A stretch of 64,000 bases of DNA. Source: an uncultured delta proteobacterium. Its GTDB lineage: Bacteria; Myxococcota_A; Polyangia; Polyangiales; JAFGIB01. This document shows, one piece after another, positions 17,480 to 29,989 of this stretch. Numbering within the stretch: the stretch's first letter is position 1; each line of letters opens with the position of its first letter. Location: the NCBI GenBank assembly GCA_963778655.1, contig CAVZVA010000009.1:1152001-1216000 (forward strand), given 5' to 3'. The notes under the pieces are model-generated. The model did not search any database, was not told the DNA's origin, and was given only the letters and a program-made list of their open reading frames with translations. The position numbers were made by a program, and so were the translations under genes.

Positions 17480-19033
17480 TCACGGCTTGCCGGGCGCCAC
17501 GCGCTTGCCGCGGATCATCCCCTCGCGCTCAGTCCAGCCGAAGGTGCCCGTGCGTCCGGGCGTGCTGGTGGTCTCGATGCCGTCGGTGTTCGGGCCCTGG
17601 GTCGCGGTCATGAACTCATCGGTCACGTATTCCGGGTGCGGGTCGTTCTTGGGGGGCCGGTAGTCGGGCCCCGGCACCGGGCCGCTGCCCACACGCCAGA
17701 TCTGTGCGCTCGGCGGGTAGGTGTCGTTGCTGCGCTCGCGCCGGGCCACGCCGGTGCGTTCGTCGCGCACCACGCGGAAGCGCGTGATCTTGAAGCCGGG
17801 AATGCCGCGCTGCTCCAGCAGGCGCATGCCGCGCGGCAGCTCCGGGTCGCGCTCGAGCTTCTCGTCGAAGGGCGTGACCTCGTCGATGCGGCGCAGGAAG
17901 GTCACGGTGCGCGTGCGCTCCTTGCCCAGCAGCGCGGCGTGCACGAAGCCGTCGTCGACCGTCAGCTCGACCACCAGCGGGTAGGGCAGGTCGTTCTGGA
18001 AGCGCAGGTCGAGCGCGCCGTAGACCACGGTCGCGTCCAATCCGAGCTTGATGTAGAAGCTCGGGTGCGAGTGCGGCGCGCGCGTGAGGATCGGCAGTCC
18101 CGCGAAGAACGCCGCCGCGTACAGTGTGCTCGCGATCTGGCAGGTGCCGCCGCCCATGCCCTCGACCAGCTTCCCGTCCGCGATCACCTTCGCCATACGG
18201 AAGTCGTTGAGCTCGGTGCGGTCGCCGACCGCCTGGTTGAAGTCGAAGACCGCGCCCGGATCGATCACGAAGCCGTCGAGCTTGCCGGCGGCGATGCGCA
18301 GGTTGTGGGTGCGGTCGCGGGTGTCGCGGCCCCGGCTGTAGCGCGTGGTGAACTCGCCGACCACGGCGTTCATCTTCACGTCGACCAGGCTCTGGGCCTG
18401 GCGCCGCGCCGGGATCGCCATCGTCGCCAGCTCGACCGTCGCGTCGCCGCGCGCGAGCGCTCGATCGATGCGCGCGATCGAGGCGTCGACGTCGAGCGCG
18501 AGCCCGGGTTTGGACGGCAGCGCGCGCTTCTTGCGCGGGTCCACGTGCGCGTCGACCGGATCGCGGTCCACCTGGTCCTTGAGCCGGAGCAGCAACTCGG
18601 TCGCGCGCTCGACATCGAGCTCGGCCGGCATCGGCAGGCCGAGCGGGCCACTGGCGCGCAGCATTTGGTGGAGCCGCCGCAGCGGCGAGCGCGGGTCGCT
18701 GGCGCCGCGCAGCAGGGCCCGCAGGTGTGCGAGATCCACGCGCACGCCCAGGTCGGCGCGGCGCACGCGTTGCTCCACGTCCGCGGCGCGCAGCACCAGC
18801 GTGCCGCCGAGGTAGCGCTCGGCCAGCGCGGTGGCCTGCTGCTCGAGCGGCGTGGCCGGTGCCAGGGGCTGTCCCGCGACCGCGACCTCGACCGGCAGCG
18901 CGGCGTGCGCCTGCGGCTCGGGCATCAGAACCAGGGCGCTCAGCACGCCGATACCCGTCAGGGACGCGACCACCACGGCCCGCACGACGAAGCCTCCATA
19001 GGTAGGCGATCCGTCTACGTTATCCGACATCAC
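17480..19033 (-). CDS. VanW family protein (N-terminal TM, PG-binding-like region, VanW domain)
   Basis: RTHNLRIAA, FDFNQAVGDR, GGGTCQIASTLY, GLDATVVYGALDLRFQN. Confidence 0.9.
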   Translation of the reverse strand: MMSDNVDGSPTYGGFVVRAVVVASLTGIGVLSALVLMPEPQAHAALPVEVAVAGQPLAPATPLEQQATALAERYLGGTLVLRAADVEQRVRRADLGVRVDLAHLRALLRGASDPRSPLRRLHQMLRASGPLGLPMPAELDVERATELLLRLKDQVDRDPVDAHVDPRKKRALPSKPGLALDVDASIARIDRALARGDATVELATMAIPARRQAQSLVDVKMNAVVGEFTTRYSRGRDTRDRTHNLRIAAGKLDGFVIDPGAVFDFNQAVGDRTELNDFRMAKVIADGKLVEGMGGGTCQIASTLYAAAFFAGLPILTRAPHSHPSFYIKLGLDATVVYGALDLRFQNDLPYPLVVELTVDDGFVHAALLGKERTRTVTFLRRIDEVTPFDEKLERDPELPRGMRLLEQRGIPGFKITRFRVVRDERTGVARRERSNDTYPPSAQIWRVGSGPVPGPDYRPPKNDPHPEYVTDEFMTATQGPNTDGIETTSTPGRTGTFGWTEREGMIRGKRVAPGKP

Positions 19034-19166
19034 CTACATACTCCGCCAGGCGCGCGAGCCAGGTCAACAAAAGCGTCCCGGCGAGCCTCCCAGGGGCTGC
19101 TGGCTGGCCGGACTGGCTGAGTCTGGTGTCTGGCCTCGCACCTGTGGGGGTGCTAGGTGGCGTGCC

Positions 19167-20663
19167 ATGCCCGCAGCACAACCGGACTACGAGGGCTTCT
19201 TGCGGCAGGCCAGGCCCGGCACGGTGGTGCCTGTGGTGCGCGAGCTCATGGGCGACGCGCTTACCCCGGTCACCGCCTACGCCACGGTGGCCGGCGGCGA
19301 CGGCAGCTACCTGCTCGAGAGCGTGGTCGGCGGCGAGAAGTGGGGGCGCTACAGCTTCGTCGGCTTCGAGCCGGACCTGCGGGTGCGCGGCGTGGCCGAC
19401 CGTTACGAGATTGTACATGCCGACGGCCGCGAGGAATCCCGCAGCATGGCCGACCCGTGGCAGGGGCTGCGCGCAACGCTCAGCGGCTACCGCGGGGTGG
19501 ACCGCAGCCTGCCGCGCTTCTGGGGCGGTGCGGTCGGCTACGTGGCCTACGACGCGGTGCGTCGCTTCGAGCCGACCATCGGCGCGAAGAACCCGCAGCC
19601 GCGCGGCGCCCTGGACTTCGCGTTTTCGATCGGCGGCACCCTGCTGATCTTCGACAACCTGCGGCAGACCCTGCGCGTCGTGGTGCCGTGCCGGCTGGTC
19701 GAGGGCGAGGACCCGGCGCGCGCGTATGCCGGCGCGCTGGAGCGCATCGAGCGCGCCGCGCAGCAACTCGCCACGCCTGCGTCGCTACACGCCATGGCGC
19801 CGCCGCAGCCCGGAGCCGAGGTCGCGCTGCCGGCTTCATCCTTCGAGCGCAGCGAGTTCTGCCGCGCGGTCGAGCGCTGCAAGGAGCACATCGCCGCCGG
19901 CGACATCTTCCAGGTGGTGTTGAGCCAGCGCTTCAGCGTGCCGCTTGGCGATGCCGACCCGTTCGACGTCTATCGCGCGCTGCGCGTGATCAATCCCTCG
20001 CCATACATGTACTTTCTGCGCTCCGGCGCGCTGCGCATCGCCGGCGCGAGTCCCGAGACGCTGGTGCGCTCCGAGGACGGCCTGGCGGAGGTGCGGCCGA
20101 TCGCCGGCACGCGCCCGCGCGGGCGCACGCCGGAGGAGGACGCGCGTATCGAGCAGGAGATGTTCAACGACCCCAAGGAAGTCGCCGAGCACGTGATGCT
20201 GGTCGACCTGGGGCGCAACGATCTCGGACGCATCAGCACCCCCGGCAGCGTGCGCGTCACCGAGCGCATGATCACCGAACGCTTCTCGCACGTGATGCAC
20301 ATCACCTCCAACGTGCAGGGCCGACTGGCGCCGGGGCGCGACGCGATCGACGTGCTGCGCGCGACCTTTCCCGCGGGCACGCTCAGCGGTGCGCCCAAGG
20401 TGCGCGCGATGCAGATCATCGAGCAACTCGAGCCCGAGCGCCGCGGCATCTACGGCGGCGCTATCGGCTACATCGGCTTCGACGGCAACATGGACGTGGC
20501 GATCGCGATCCGCACCGTGGTCGAGCAGGACGGCAAGCTGCAGATCCAAGCCGGCGCCGGCATCGTCGAGGCCAGCCGCCCCGAGGCCGAGTACGAGGAG
20601 TGCCTCAACAAGGCTCGCGCCGCCCTGCTGGCGGTGGCTGCGGCGCGCTCGGCGCGGGGGTGA
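19167..20663 (+). CDS. trpE: Anthranilate synthase component I
   Basis: LLESVVGGEKWGRYS, GDIFQVVLSQRF, NPSPYM, PIAGTRPRG, EHVMLVDLGRNDLGR, AGTLSGAPK. Confidence 0.93.
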   Translation: MPAAQPDYEGFLRQARPGTVVPVVRELMGDALTPVTAYATVAGGDGSYLLESVVGGEKWGRYSFVGFEPDLRVRGVADRYEIVHADGREESRSMADPWQGLRATLSGYRGVDRSLPRFWGGAVGYVAYDAVRRFEPTIGAKNPQPRGALDFAFSIGGTLLIFDNLRQTLRVVVPCRLVEGEDPARAYAGALERIERAAQQLATPASLHAMAPPQPGAEVALPASSFERSEFCRAVERCKEHIAAGDIFQVVLSQRFSVPLGDADPFDVYRALRVINPSPYMYFLRSGALRIAGASPETLVRSEDGLAEVRPIAGTRPRGRTPEEDARIEQEMFNDPKEVAEHVMLVDLGRNDLGRISTPGSVRVTERMITERFSHVMHITSNVQGRLAPGRDAIDVLRATFPAGTLSGAPKVRAMQIIEQLEPERRGIYGGAIGYIGFDGNMDVAIAIRTVVEQDGKLQIQAGAGIVEASRPEAEYEECLNKARAALLAVAAARSARG

Positions 20664-20823
20664 GGCCGGGGGCCTTGCGGACTCGGTCCGCGCGTGAGAC
20701 CGCTGCCGTGCGAGAGGGGCACCCTACGCGAGAGACGCCGTCTCGCGCGAGGCTTAGCGGCCCTTCGCGCGGCTGGAAGCGCTTTGCTCGGCGCATAGCG
20801 CCCGCCCTACGGCGACGCCGCCT

Positions 20824-20852
20824 TTGACACACCGCTCGCGCTGCGCTAGAAG
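20824..20852 (+). promoter_or_regulatory. sigma70-type promoter for tRNA-Asp
   Basis: TTGACA-17 bp-TAGAAG, 14 bp before the tRNA. Confidence 0.6.
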
Positions 20853-20866
20853 CCATCCTCCCGCGA

Positions 20867-20943
20867 GGGGCGGTAGTTGAGTTGGTTACAACGCCGGCCT
20901 GTCACGCCGGAGGTCGCGGGTTCAAGTCCCGTCCGTCCCGCCA
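20867..20943 (+). tRNA. tRNA-Asp (anticodon GTC)
   Basis: GGGGCGGTAGTTGAGTTGGTTACAACG-CCGGC-CTGTCAC-GCCGG-...GGTTCAAGTCC...CCGTCCCGCCA. Confidence 0.95.
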
Positions 20944-20971
20944 GGAACCCGCAAGGGTTCCCGGTTTTTTT
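20944..20971 (+). terminator. Rho-independent terminator after tRNA-Asp
   Basis: GGAACCC-GCAA-GGGTTCC hairpin followed by T7. Confidence 0.85.
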
Positions 20972-21357
20972 CGTGCGGTGCGATGCGGCGCCGCCGTGTC
21001 CCCAATGGGTGCGGCGCGTCGCCGCCTCTGGAGTCGCAGGCCGCAGGAGCTCCCCGGTCTCGCGCCTGTGCGCACGACGACATCGATGTGCGCGCGGTGA
21101 GGTGCGTTCCGCTTATGGACGCAGGCTGTTGCTGGTTCGCCCAGCGCCCTGCTACGCCACGCGTTTGGAGCGACCTCCGCGCGCCAAATTAGATTGCGTC
21201 GACAGCGCGTACCGGAGCGACACCCCGAACAGTGCCGTTACGAGTTTGTTCGCCGGACGCGCGCAAGCGCGTGCAACGACACCGTCATGATTTGGTTCGA
21301 ACGAGCCTGCGTGGGCGCGTGTTATGGTCGCGATGTTCCACAAGAGGTGTTCAGTCT

Positions 21358-22866
21358 ATGCGTCGATCAACAGCGCGGCCGCAGCGCGCTCCCGCAGAGC
21401 TCTTCCAGATACATCTCCCAAAGGGTTCGGTGCTGCTGCTCGTGCTCGCACTGTGTGCGGCCTGCCAGGGCACGATCACCGACTCCACTGATCCGGGCCG
21501 ACAAACCACGTTGGGATTCGGTTCCGGTAGCGTCGGCCAAAATCAGGCCGTCTCTGCGACCTCGCAGCAGGCTGCTCCTTTGACGATGCCGGGTACCGCT
21601 GGTGCCGGGGCAGGCTCCGCAGGAGCTGCATCGATGGGGCGCGGCGCGGGAAGCGTAATCGGCCGCTCCTACGGCAACTCGGCTGATATGGGCGTCGCCG
21701 GTGCCGGCCCTTCTCCTGCCCCACTCGGCTCCGCTGGAGCGAGTGACAGCGCCGGAGATTCGGGAAATGGTCTTGGCGCTAGCGGGGGCGCAAGCGGAGC
21801 CGGAAGCAGCATGGGCGCCGCTGGCGCAGGCGGCAGCACCGGTGCGAGCAGCTCGGGCGGCAGCACGGGCGGGGGCGGCACCGGCGGCAGCATCAGCGGC
21901 TCGGGCGGCAGCACGGGCGCGGGCGGCACAGGCGGTCGCACGGGCGCAGGCGGCTCGGGCGGAACCGGCGGCAGCACGGGCGGGGGCGGCACCGGCGGCA
22001 ATGCGGGCGCAGGTGGCGCGGGTGGCAGCGCGGGCGGAAGTGGCACAGGTGGCGGCGGCGGCACAGGTGGCGGCTCAGGAGCGGGCGGCAGCGCAGGCAG
22101 CTCGGGTGGCGGGGCGGGAAGCTCCGGCAGCGGAGACCTGATCTTCGTCGGCGATTTCGAGACCGGCGACCTCTCGCAGTGGTTCTACGTCGAGCGCTGC
22201 CAGCCCGACCGCATCACCGTGTATTCCGCCGCCAATGCTCCCGCCGGCGCACCTGCTCCGCGCGAGGGCAACTATGCTGCCTTGTTCCACGTGCTCGACA
22301 CGGACGTGTCGCCGTGTACCTCGACCGGGGATCCGCGTGCTGAGCTGGAAACGCGGGAGTCGCTGTTGCATCCGGGCGACGACGTATGGGAGGCGTGGTC
22401 GATGTACGTGCCGTCGTCGCACCCGAGTTGCGGATCGTGCTCGAGTTGGTTCGCATTCCAAGAGGACTACGGCAGTCCGTGGGACGGCCCAGCCTCGATC
22501 GGCTGGTACCTGACCTTCTCCAAGTCGCCCAACCGGTTCAGCGTGGGGCGCGGGACCCAGTACAACGGGGATTGGCCTGCGTCCGTCCCGATAACCACGG
22601 ACAAGTGGGTCGACTTTCTCGTGCACAAGAGATTCTCGAACAAAGATGACGGAACAGGTTTCATCGAGGCCTGGATCGACGGGACTCCGCTGACGTTCTC
22701 TCCCTGCAACTGCACGAAGCTCGTCATGCAGACGATGCATTCGACGCAGGCGAGCCTGGGTTTCTATCTGACCGCCTATCGAGCCAAAGGGCTATTCAGC
22801 TCCTTCGACCTCTATTATGACGGCGTTCGCATCGGTACGACGCGCGACGCCGTGGAGCTCAAGTAG
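21358..22866 (+). CDS. Lipoprotein with long Gly-rich linker and C-terminal polysaccharide-lyase-like (heparin lyase I/PF14099-type) domain
   Basis: RBS GAGGTG; lipobox-like LCAAC; GDFETGDLSQW, REGNYA, PRAEL, WVDFLVH, GFIEAWIDG, YYDGVRIG. Confidence 0.7.
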   Translation: MRRSTARPQRAPAELFQIHLPKGSVLLLVLALCAACQGTITDSTDPGRQTTLGFGSGSVGQNQAVSATSQQAAPLTMPGTAGAGAGSAGAASMGRGAGSVIGRSYGNSADMGVAGAGPSPAPLGSAGASDSAGDSGNGLGASGGASGAGSSMGAAGAGGSTGASSSGGSTGGGGTGGSISGSGGSTGAGGTGGRTGAGGSGGTGGSTGGGGTGGNAGAGGAGGSAGGSGTGGGGGTGGGSGAGGSAGSSGGGAGSSGSGDLIFVGDFETGDLSQWFYVERCQPDRITVYSAANAPAGAPAPREGNYAALFHVLDTDVSPCTSTGDPRAELETRESLLHPGDDVWEAWSMYVPSSHPSCGSCSSWFAFQEDYGSPWDGPASIGWYLTFSKSPNRFSVGRGTQYNGDWPASVPITTDKWVDFLVHKRFSNKDDGTGFIEAWIDGTPLTFSPCNCTKLVMQTMHSTQASLGFYLTAYRAKGLFSSFDLYYDGVRIGTTRDAVELK

Positions 22867-22887
22867 CGCGCTGCCACTCCTCGCTCG

Positions 22888-23166
22888 CTACCGCGTGCAC
22901 TCCTCGGGACGCACGCACTTGCCGTCCTTGCAGGTGACGCTGGCGCAGCCGTTGTCGCCTACGCAGGGTTGGCCCCGGCGGTTGACCGGGTGGCAGAGGA
23001 AGTCGGTGTCGCAGCTCAGGCCGGCGCCGCAGTCGGGGCTGCCGGCCGCAGCCGCGCAGGGTCCGCCTGCTTTGGGCTCGTCGCGGCCGGCGCCCATCAC
23101 CACGCCGGCGCTGATGCTCGCATCGCAGTACTGGCCCTCGGGGCTCGCCGCTCCGACTCCGCCGCG
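22888..23166 (-). pseudogene. Cys-rich (Dickkopf-like repeat) fragment without its own N-terminus
   Basis: SPEGQYCDAS...GGPC...DCGAGLSC...C...GQPCVGDNGCASVTCKDGKC; open in frame right up to the TAG of the upstream gene. Confidence 0.45.
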
Positions 23167-23739
23167 CTACTGCGCGGCGTGCTCGAGCTCGGATACGCGC
23201 GACTGCAGCGCGCGCACGCGGGCGCGGTGGCCGCGGTCGCGATCGATCAGATAGCCGATCAGCGGACCGTGCAGCAGCAGGCCGCCGGCGCGCACCAGCA
23301 CGTCCCAGGGGTTGTGGGTGCTGATGTCGAACAGCGCGATGTAGGCGATGAACGCCACCGCGGAGGCCACCGTGCCGGTGCGGAAGCCGAAGTAGAAGGC
23401 GGGCATCGCCACCCACAGGTAGAGCGCGCGGTAGAACGGGCTGGCCTGGCCGCCGGTCAGGTTCATCAGCACGATCACGAACACCAGATCGGCCGCGCCC
23501 AGCACGGCGTAGAAGCGCGGCCTGAGCCGGGACGAGCGCAGCCAGCCGAAGCCCGCGGAGTACAGCACTGCACCGTAGGCCGCGAACACCCCGAACGCGA
23601 TCAGCACCTCGTCGCGGGTGCCCGAGCCGACGCGCGCCAGATACGGATAGCCGACTCCGACCAGCAGCGCCGCTGCGCGCAGCCCCGCGTACACCTGATC
23701 GATCGGGCCCAGGCCCTCCTTGTCCGTTCCCGCGTCCAT
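23167..23739 (-). CDS. Integral membrane protein (about 5-6 TM), resembles a sensor input domain without output domain
   Basis: Hydrophobic helices; TGGQASPF motif typical of membrane sensor N-termini; short coiled tail. Confidence 0.7.
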   Translation of the reverse strand: MDAGTDKEGLGPIDQVYAGLRAAALLVGVGYPYLARVGSGTRDEVLIAFGVFAAYGAVLYSAGFGWLRSSRLRPRFYAVLGAADLVFVIVLMNLTGGQASPFYRALYLWVAMPAFYFGFRTGTVASAVAFIAYIALFDISTHNPWDVLVRAGGLLLHGPLIGYLIDRDRGHRARVRALQSRVSELEHAAQ

Positions 23740-23844
23740 GCGCTTGCTACGTACGCACCCAAGGCGATGCGCAAGGCCGGTCCGGTAGCCACATCTGTGT
23801 GGGCACGCGGCATGCCGCCGCGCGCCCGTGCTTCGGCCGTGCCG

Positions 23845-24903
23845 CTACGCTCCGCCGCCGCCCGCGCCGGAGCCCGCATCCGCGGCGCCCAGGCAGGAGT
23901 CGACCTCGGGCAGCGTCCCGCAGTCGGCGACTGCGCTCATGAGGTCGGCGGCGGTACAGGCGCCGCACCCGCTCATGCAGGTTGCCGCCGCCTGGTTGAT
24001 CGCCTGTGTCTGGCAGCTGGCCGCGGTGCTCACGTCGCTGGCATTGGCGGCGTTGATCCCATCCTTGATGCACGTCACGGTGCTCGACGAAAAGGGCGCG
24101 TTCGCGCAGTAGGCGCCGCCGGCCATATCCGCCGCCGAGCCGCAGCCGCAGGCGGCGAGGTCGAACGCCGTGTACGCACCGCTCAGCAGTCCCCCGTAGC
24201 TGTTCACGCTCGCATCCCCGCCGCCGCTGCTGCCGCCCTTGCCGTTCGAGCTGCCGCTGTCGGTCTTGGTGCTGGTGCCCGCGTCCGACTTGCTGCTGCT
24301 CTTCTCGCACTTGCTCGAGTCGCCGTGCTCGGTGCAGTCGAGCGTAAAGTCGCGATTCAGCTTCTTGCTCACCTTGCCGCTCTTGAGCAGCACGGCCTGG
24401 AACATCCTGATCGTGAACTCCTGGTTGCACAGGTTGTCACAGGTCGAGCCGTCCAGGTCGAGCCTGGTCTTCAGCCGCGCCACGCCGGTCTGGCTGCCGG
24501 CGTCGGTGTCGCTCGGCCCAGCGTCGCCGCTCCCGCCATCGCCGGAGGCGCGCGGCACCTCGATGTGGCTGTCGCTGTCTTCGAACTGGATCAAGGTCGC
24601 GTCGACCGGATCGCTGTCCTCGTCCGGATTGTCCGCGTCGAGCGACATGATCACGCTGTCACCGGGCTTGAGCTTGATCGGCGGGTCGTTCTGGGCGAGC
24701 GAGACCTTGTCCGCGTCGGCCGCGGGAATCGCCCCCTTCTTGATCAGTCCGTCGGGGAAGTTGGCGCCTGTGGTCAGCGCTTCGGCGACCGCCTTGCCCG
24801 TGGGGGTAGCGGCTTGCTTGCCGCTGCTGGTGCAGCTCGCGCCCGCCGTCAGAATCGCCGCCGTGCCGAGCGGCGCAAGCCAAGTCCTAACCTTGAATCC
24901 CAT
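23845..24903 (-). CDS. Cys-rich lipoprotein, hypothetical
   Basis: Lipobox-like AGASC; Ser/Gly linkers with DAG motifs; Cys-rich C-terminal domain. Confidence 0.75.
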   Translation of the reverse strand: MGFKVRTWLAPLGTAAILTAGASCTSSGKQAATPTGKAVAEALTTGANFPDGLIKKGAIPAADADKVSLAQNDPPIKLKPGDSVIMSLDADNPDEDSDPVDATLIQFEDSDSHIEVPRASGDGGSGDAGPSDTDAGSQTGVARLKTRLDLDGSTCDNLCNQEFTIRMFQAVLLKSGKVSKKLNRDFTLDCTEHGDSSKCEKSSSKSDAGTSTKTDSGSSNGKGGSSGGGDASVNSYGGLLSGAYTAFDLAACGCGSAADMAGGAYCANAPFSSSTVTCIKDGINAANASDVSTAASCQTQAINQAAATCMSGCGACTAADLMSAVADCGTLPEVDSCLGAADAGSGAGGGGA

Positions 24904-25063
24904 TCCGTCCCTCCGAGCCCGTAACGAAGGGGCCCAGGGTAGCGCGCTTGAGCCCGCCCGTCACCAGGTACGGGTGGGGGTGCGGACATCTCACGGCTCT
25001 GCTTGACTCGGCCGGGCCGCTGCGAAAGGGTTCCGGGGCGGGACCGAGCCGGCCCGAACCACG

Positions 25064-26292
<1,229 letters not shown>

Positions 26293-26296
<4 letters not shown>

Positions 26297-27570
26297 CACC
26301 GCTCGAGCAGCTGCTCGGCGGCGTGAGCGCGGAGGTTCGCGCGATCCTGGAGGCGTGCCTTGCGGGCGGGCGGCTCACGCTGGCGCAGGCGGTGCGGCTG
26401 TGCGGCGCGCGCGGCGCCGATCTGCACGCGCTCTTGCTGGCCGCAGACGCGCTGCGGCGGGAGCAAGCCGGCGACGTGGTCAGCTACGTCGTCAACCGCA
26501 ACATCAACTTCACCAACGTGTGCGTGAAGGCCTGCAAGTTCTGCGCGTTCTCGCGCACCAGCCGTTCCGAGGAGGCATATTACCTCGACAGCGACGAGGT
26601 GGTGCGGCGCGCGTTGCAGGCACAGGAGGTGGGCGCGACCGAGGTCTGCATCCAGGCCGGGCTGCCGCCGCGTGCGCGGCCCGCGCTCTACCTGGACCTG
26701 CTGCGCGCGGTCAAAACGGCGGCGCCCGCGCTGCACGTGCACGCGTTCTCGCCCGAAGAGGTCAAGTACGGCGCGCAGCTCATGGGCCTGTCGCTGTACG
26801 ACTACCTGCAGGCGCTCAAGGACAGCGGGCTCGGCTCGCTGCCGGGCACCTCGGCCGAGATCCTCGACGACGGCGTGCGCAAGCGGCTGGCCGGCGGCCG
26901 CATCAGCAGCGCGGAGTGGATCGAGGTGATCACCACCGCGCACCGCATCGGCCTGCCCACCACCGCGACCATCATGTACGGCCACATCGAGAGCGACGAG
27001 GAGCGCATGCGCCACCTCGAGCTGCTGCGCTCGTTGCAGGAGGACACCGGCGGCTTCACCGAGTTCGTGCCGCTGTCGTTCGTGCACGCCGAGGCACCGC
27101 TGCACGTCAAGGACATGCTGCCGGGCGTGCGCCCGGGGCCCAGCGGCGACGACGTGCTGCGGCTGATGGCGATCAGCCGGCTGATGTTGGGCCCGAGCTT
27201 CAAGAACCTGCAGACCTCGTGGGTCAAGGAGGGGCTGCGCCAGGCCCAGTTCCTGCTCTCGTGCGGCGCCAACGATCTCGGTGGCACCCTGATCAACGAG
27301 AGCATCTCCACCTCGGCCGGCGCGAGCCACGGCCAGCTGATGTCGCCGGCCAGGCTGCGGCGCGCGATCCGCGACGCCGGCCGGCAGCCGGCCGAGCGCA
27401 ACACGCGCTACGCCATCCTGCGCGAGTTCTCGCTCGACGGCAGCGACGATCCGTCCCACCCGCTCGACTCGATCGACGATCCCGAGGCGCGCTTCGGCAG
27501 CTACCGCCAGCTCACCGAGCAGGCGCGGCGGCTGGGCGCCGAAGCGCGCCGTCACCTGGCGCTGGCGTAG
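26293..27570 (+). CDS. cofH: FO synthase subunit CofH (radical SAM)
   Basis: YVVNRNINFTNVCVKACKFC, PGTSAEILDD, TGGFTEFVPLSFVH, SWVKEG, GANDLGGTLINESIS; ATGA overlap with cofG. Confidence 0.95.
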
Positions 27571-28197
27571 CCCGCGGGCTGGGCCGAGACGCCATGCGCG
27601 CGAGATCTGCAGGCGAATCCAGATCGAAGGCCAGCTGCGGGTTGTAGATCAGCCTGCAGCGCGCGCCGATGCGCGCGGCCTCGCGCAGGTGGCGCTGCAG
27701 GCTGTCGGCGTGGCCGAAGCCGCTGTGCAGCGCGAGCCCCAGCCGCAGGCCCAGCGCGCCGGTGCCGCGGCGCAGCGCGTCGGGTGCGACCACCACGTCG
27801 GTCTCGCGCAGCTGGGCGAGCAGCTCGCGTAGGTCGCGCGGGCGCAACCGGGGCAGGTCCCCCATCACCACCAGCGCGTGCGAGGCGCCCAGCCCGCGCA
27901 GCGTGTCGAGCGCGCCGTCCACCACCCGTTCGAGGGGCTGCGCGGGCCCGCTCGGGTCGCGCACTACGCGCGCGCCGCGCCTGCGCGCCAGTCGCGCCGC
28001 GTCCTCTCCGTCGGTCGCGACCAGCACGCCGTGCAGCGGCGCGCAGCCGGCGCACGCCTCGAGCACCCGCGCGAACATGGCACGCGCGAGCGCGCGGCGC
28101 TCCGGCACCGGCAGCGCCTGGCCCAGGCGTGACTTGGCGCGGCCAAAGCCCTTGACCGTGATCACGGCCCAGGGCGCCCAACGCGGCTGCTCCGGCA

Positions 28198-28198
<1 letters not shown>
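27512..28198 (-). CDS. cofC: 2-phospho-L-lactate/PEP guanylyltransferase
   Basis: VKGFGRAKSRL, MGDLP, GFGHADSLQRH, DLDSPADL; TGATG overlap with cofD stop. Confidence 0.9.
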
Positions 28199-29130
<932 letters not shown>

Positions 29131-29182
29131 GGGTCCTCGCGGGTGAAGGTGGCGCGGACCTGCGCCATGCGCAGCGCCGGCC

Positions 29183-29977
29183 TCATGCGTACAGATCCTG
29201 CTCGGGCGAGCGCAGCAGCGCCTGCACGCCGGCGTCGTCCTGGGGCGGATAGGACAGCCCGCGCGCCAGCAGCGCGGGCCGGCGCTCGGCGGCCTGTCCG
29301 GCCAGCAGGTCTGCGGCGGCCGCCAGCTGGTCGGCGAAAGCCGTGACCGTGGCCTCGAGCACGCGGCCGTTCAAATCGTGGCCGCCGCGCTGATCCCACA
29401 GCGGCGGCAGGCCGGCGAGGCCGACCGTCACGCCCACCGTGCCGAGCCGAAACGCGCGGCCGTGCGAGTCGGTGATCACCACGCCGATCTCGGCGCCGAA
29501 ACGGGCCTTGAGCGCGGCGCGCAGCGCCCGCGCCGAGGCGTCGGGGTCGGCCGGCAGCAAGAGCACGCTCTGGCCCTGGTCGGCGCGCACGTTGCTGGCG
29601 TCGATGCCGGCGTTGGCGGATACGAAGCCCAGCCGGTGGCGCACGATCAGCACGCCCGGCGCCACGCGCGAGACCGCGCTCGACTCGCGCAGCACCAGCT
29701 CGGTCAGGCGCGGGTCCTTGTCCGTGGCCGCGGCCAGCTCGCGCGCGCGCGGGGAGGGCGTCACCTGATCCAGCTCGACGAAGCGGTTCTCGGCGCGCGA
29801 GACGATCTTGGAGCAAACCAGCAACACGTCGTGGCCGCTCTGCGGCTCGATCTCGGCGCGCACCAGCGCATCGCACAGCAGCGCGCCCAGGTCGTCGCCG
29901 GGCTCGACGATGGGGATACCCGGGAGCGCGATCAGCTCCAGGCGCGCGGCGACGCCGATGGCGGTGGGCTCGCTCAT
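29183..29977 (-). CDS. cofE: Coenzyme F420-0:L-glutamate ligase (stand-alone, no nitroreductase domain)
   Basis: [48 protein letters not shown]. Confidence 0.93.
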   Translation of the reverse strand: MSEPTAIGVAARLELIALPGIPIVEPGDDLGALLCDALVRAEIEPQSGHDVLLVCSKIVSRAENRFVELDQVTPSPRARELAAATDKDPRLTELVLRESSAVSRVAPGVLIVRHRLGFVSANAGIDASNVRADQGQSVLLLPADPDASARALRAALKARFGAEIGVVITDSHGRAFRLGTVGVTVGLAGLPPLWDQRGGHDLNGRVLEATVTAFADQLAAAADLLAGQAAERRPALLARGLSYPPQDDAGVQALLRSPEQDLYA

Positions 29978-29989
29978 GCCGGCCTCGGC

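Noticed and set aside
20900..25060. Possible second att-bounded island at tRNA-Asp
   Set aside because: No duplicate of the tRNA-Asp 3' end and no integrase seen; a terminator directly follows the tRNA.
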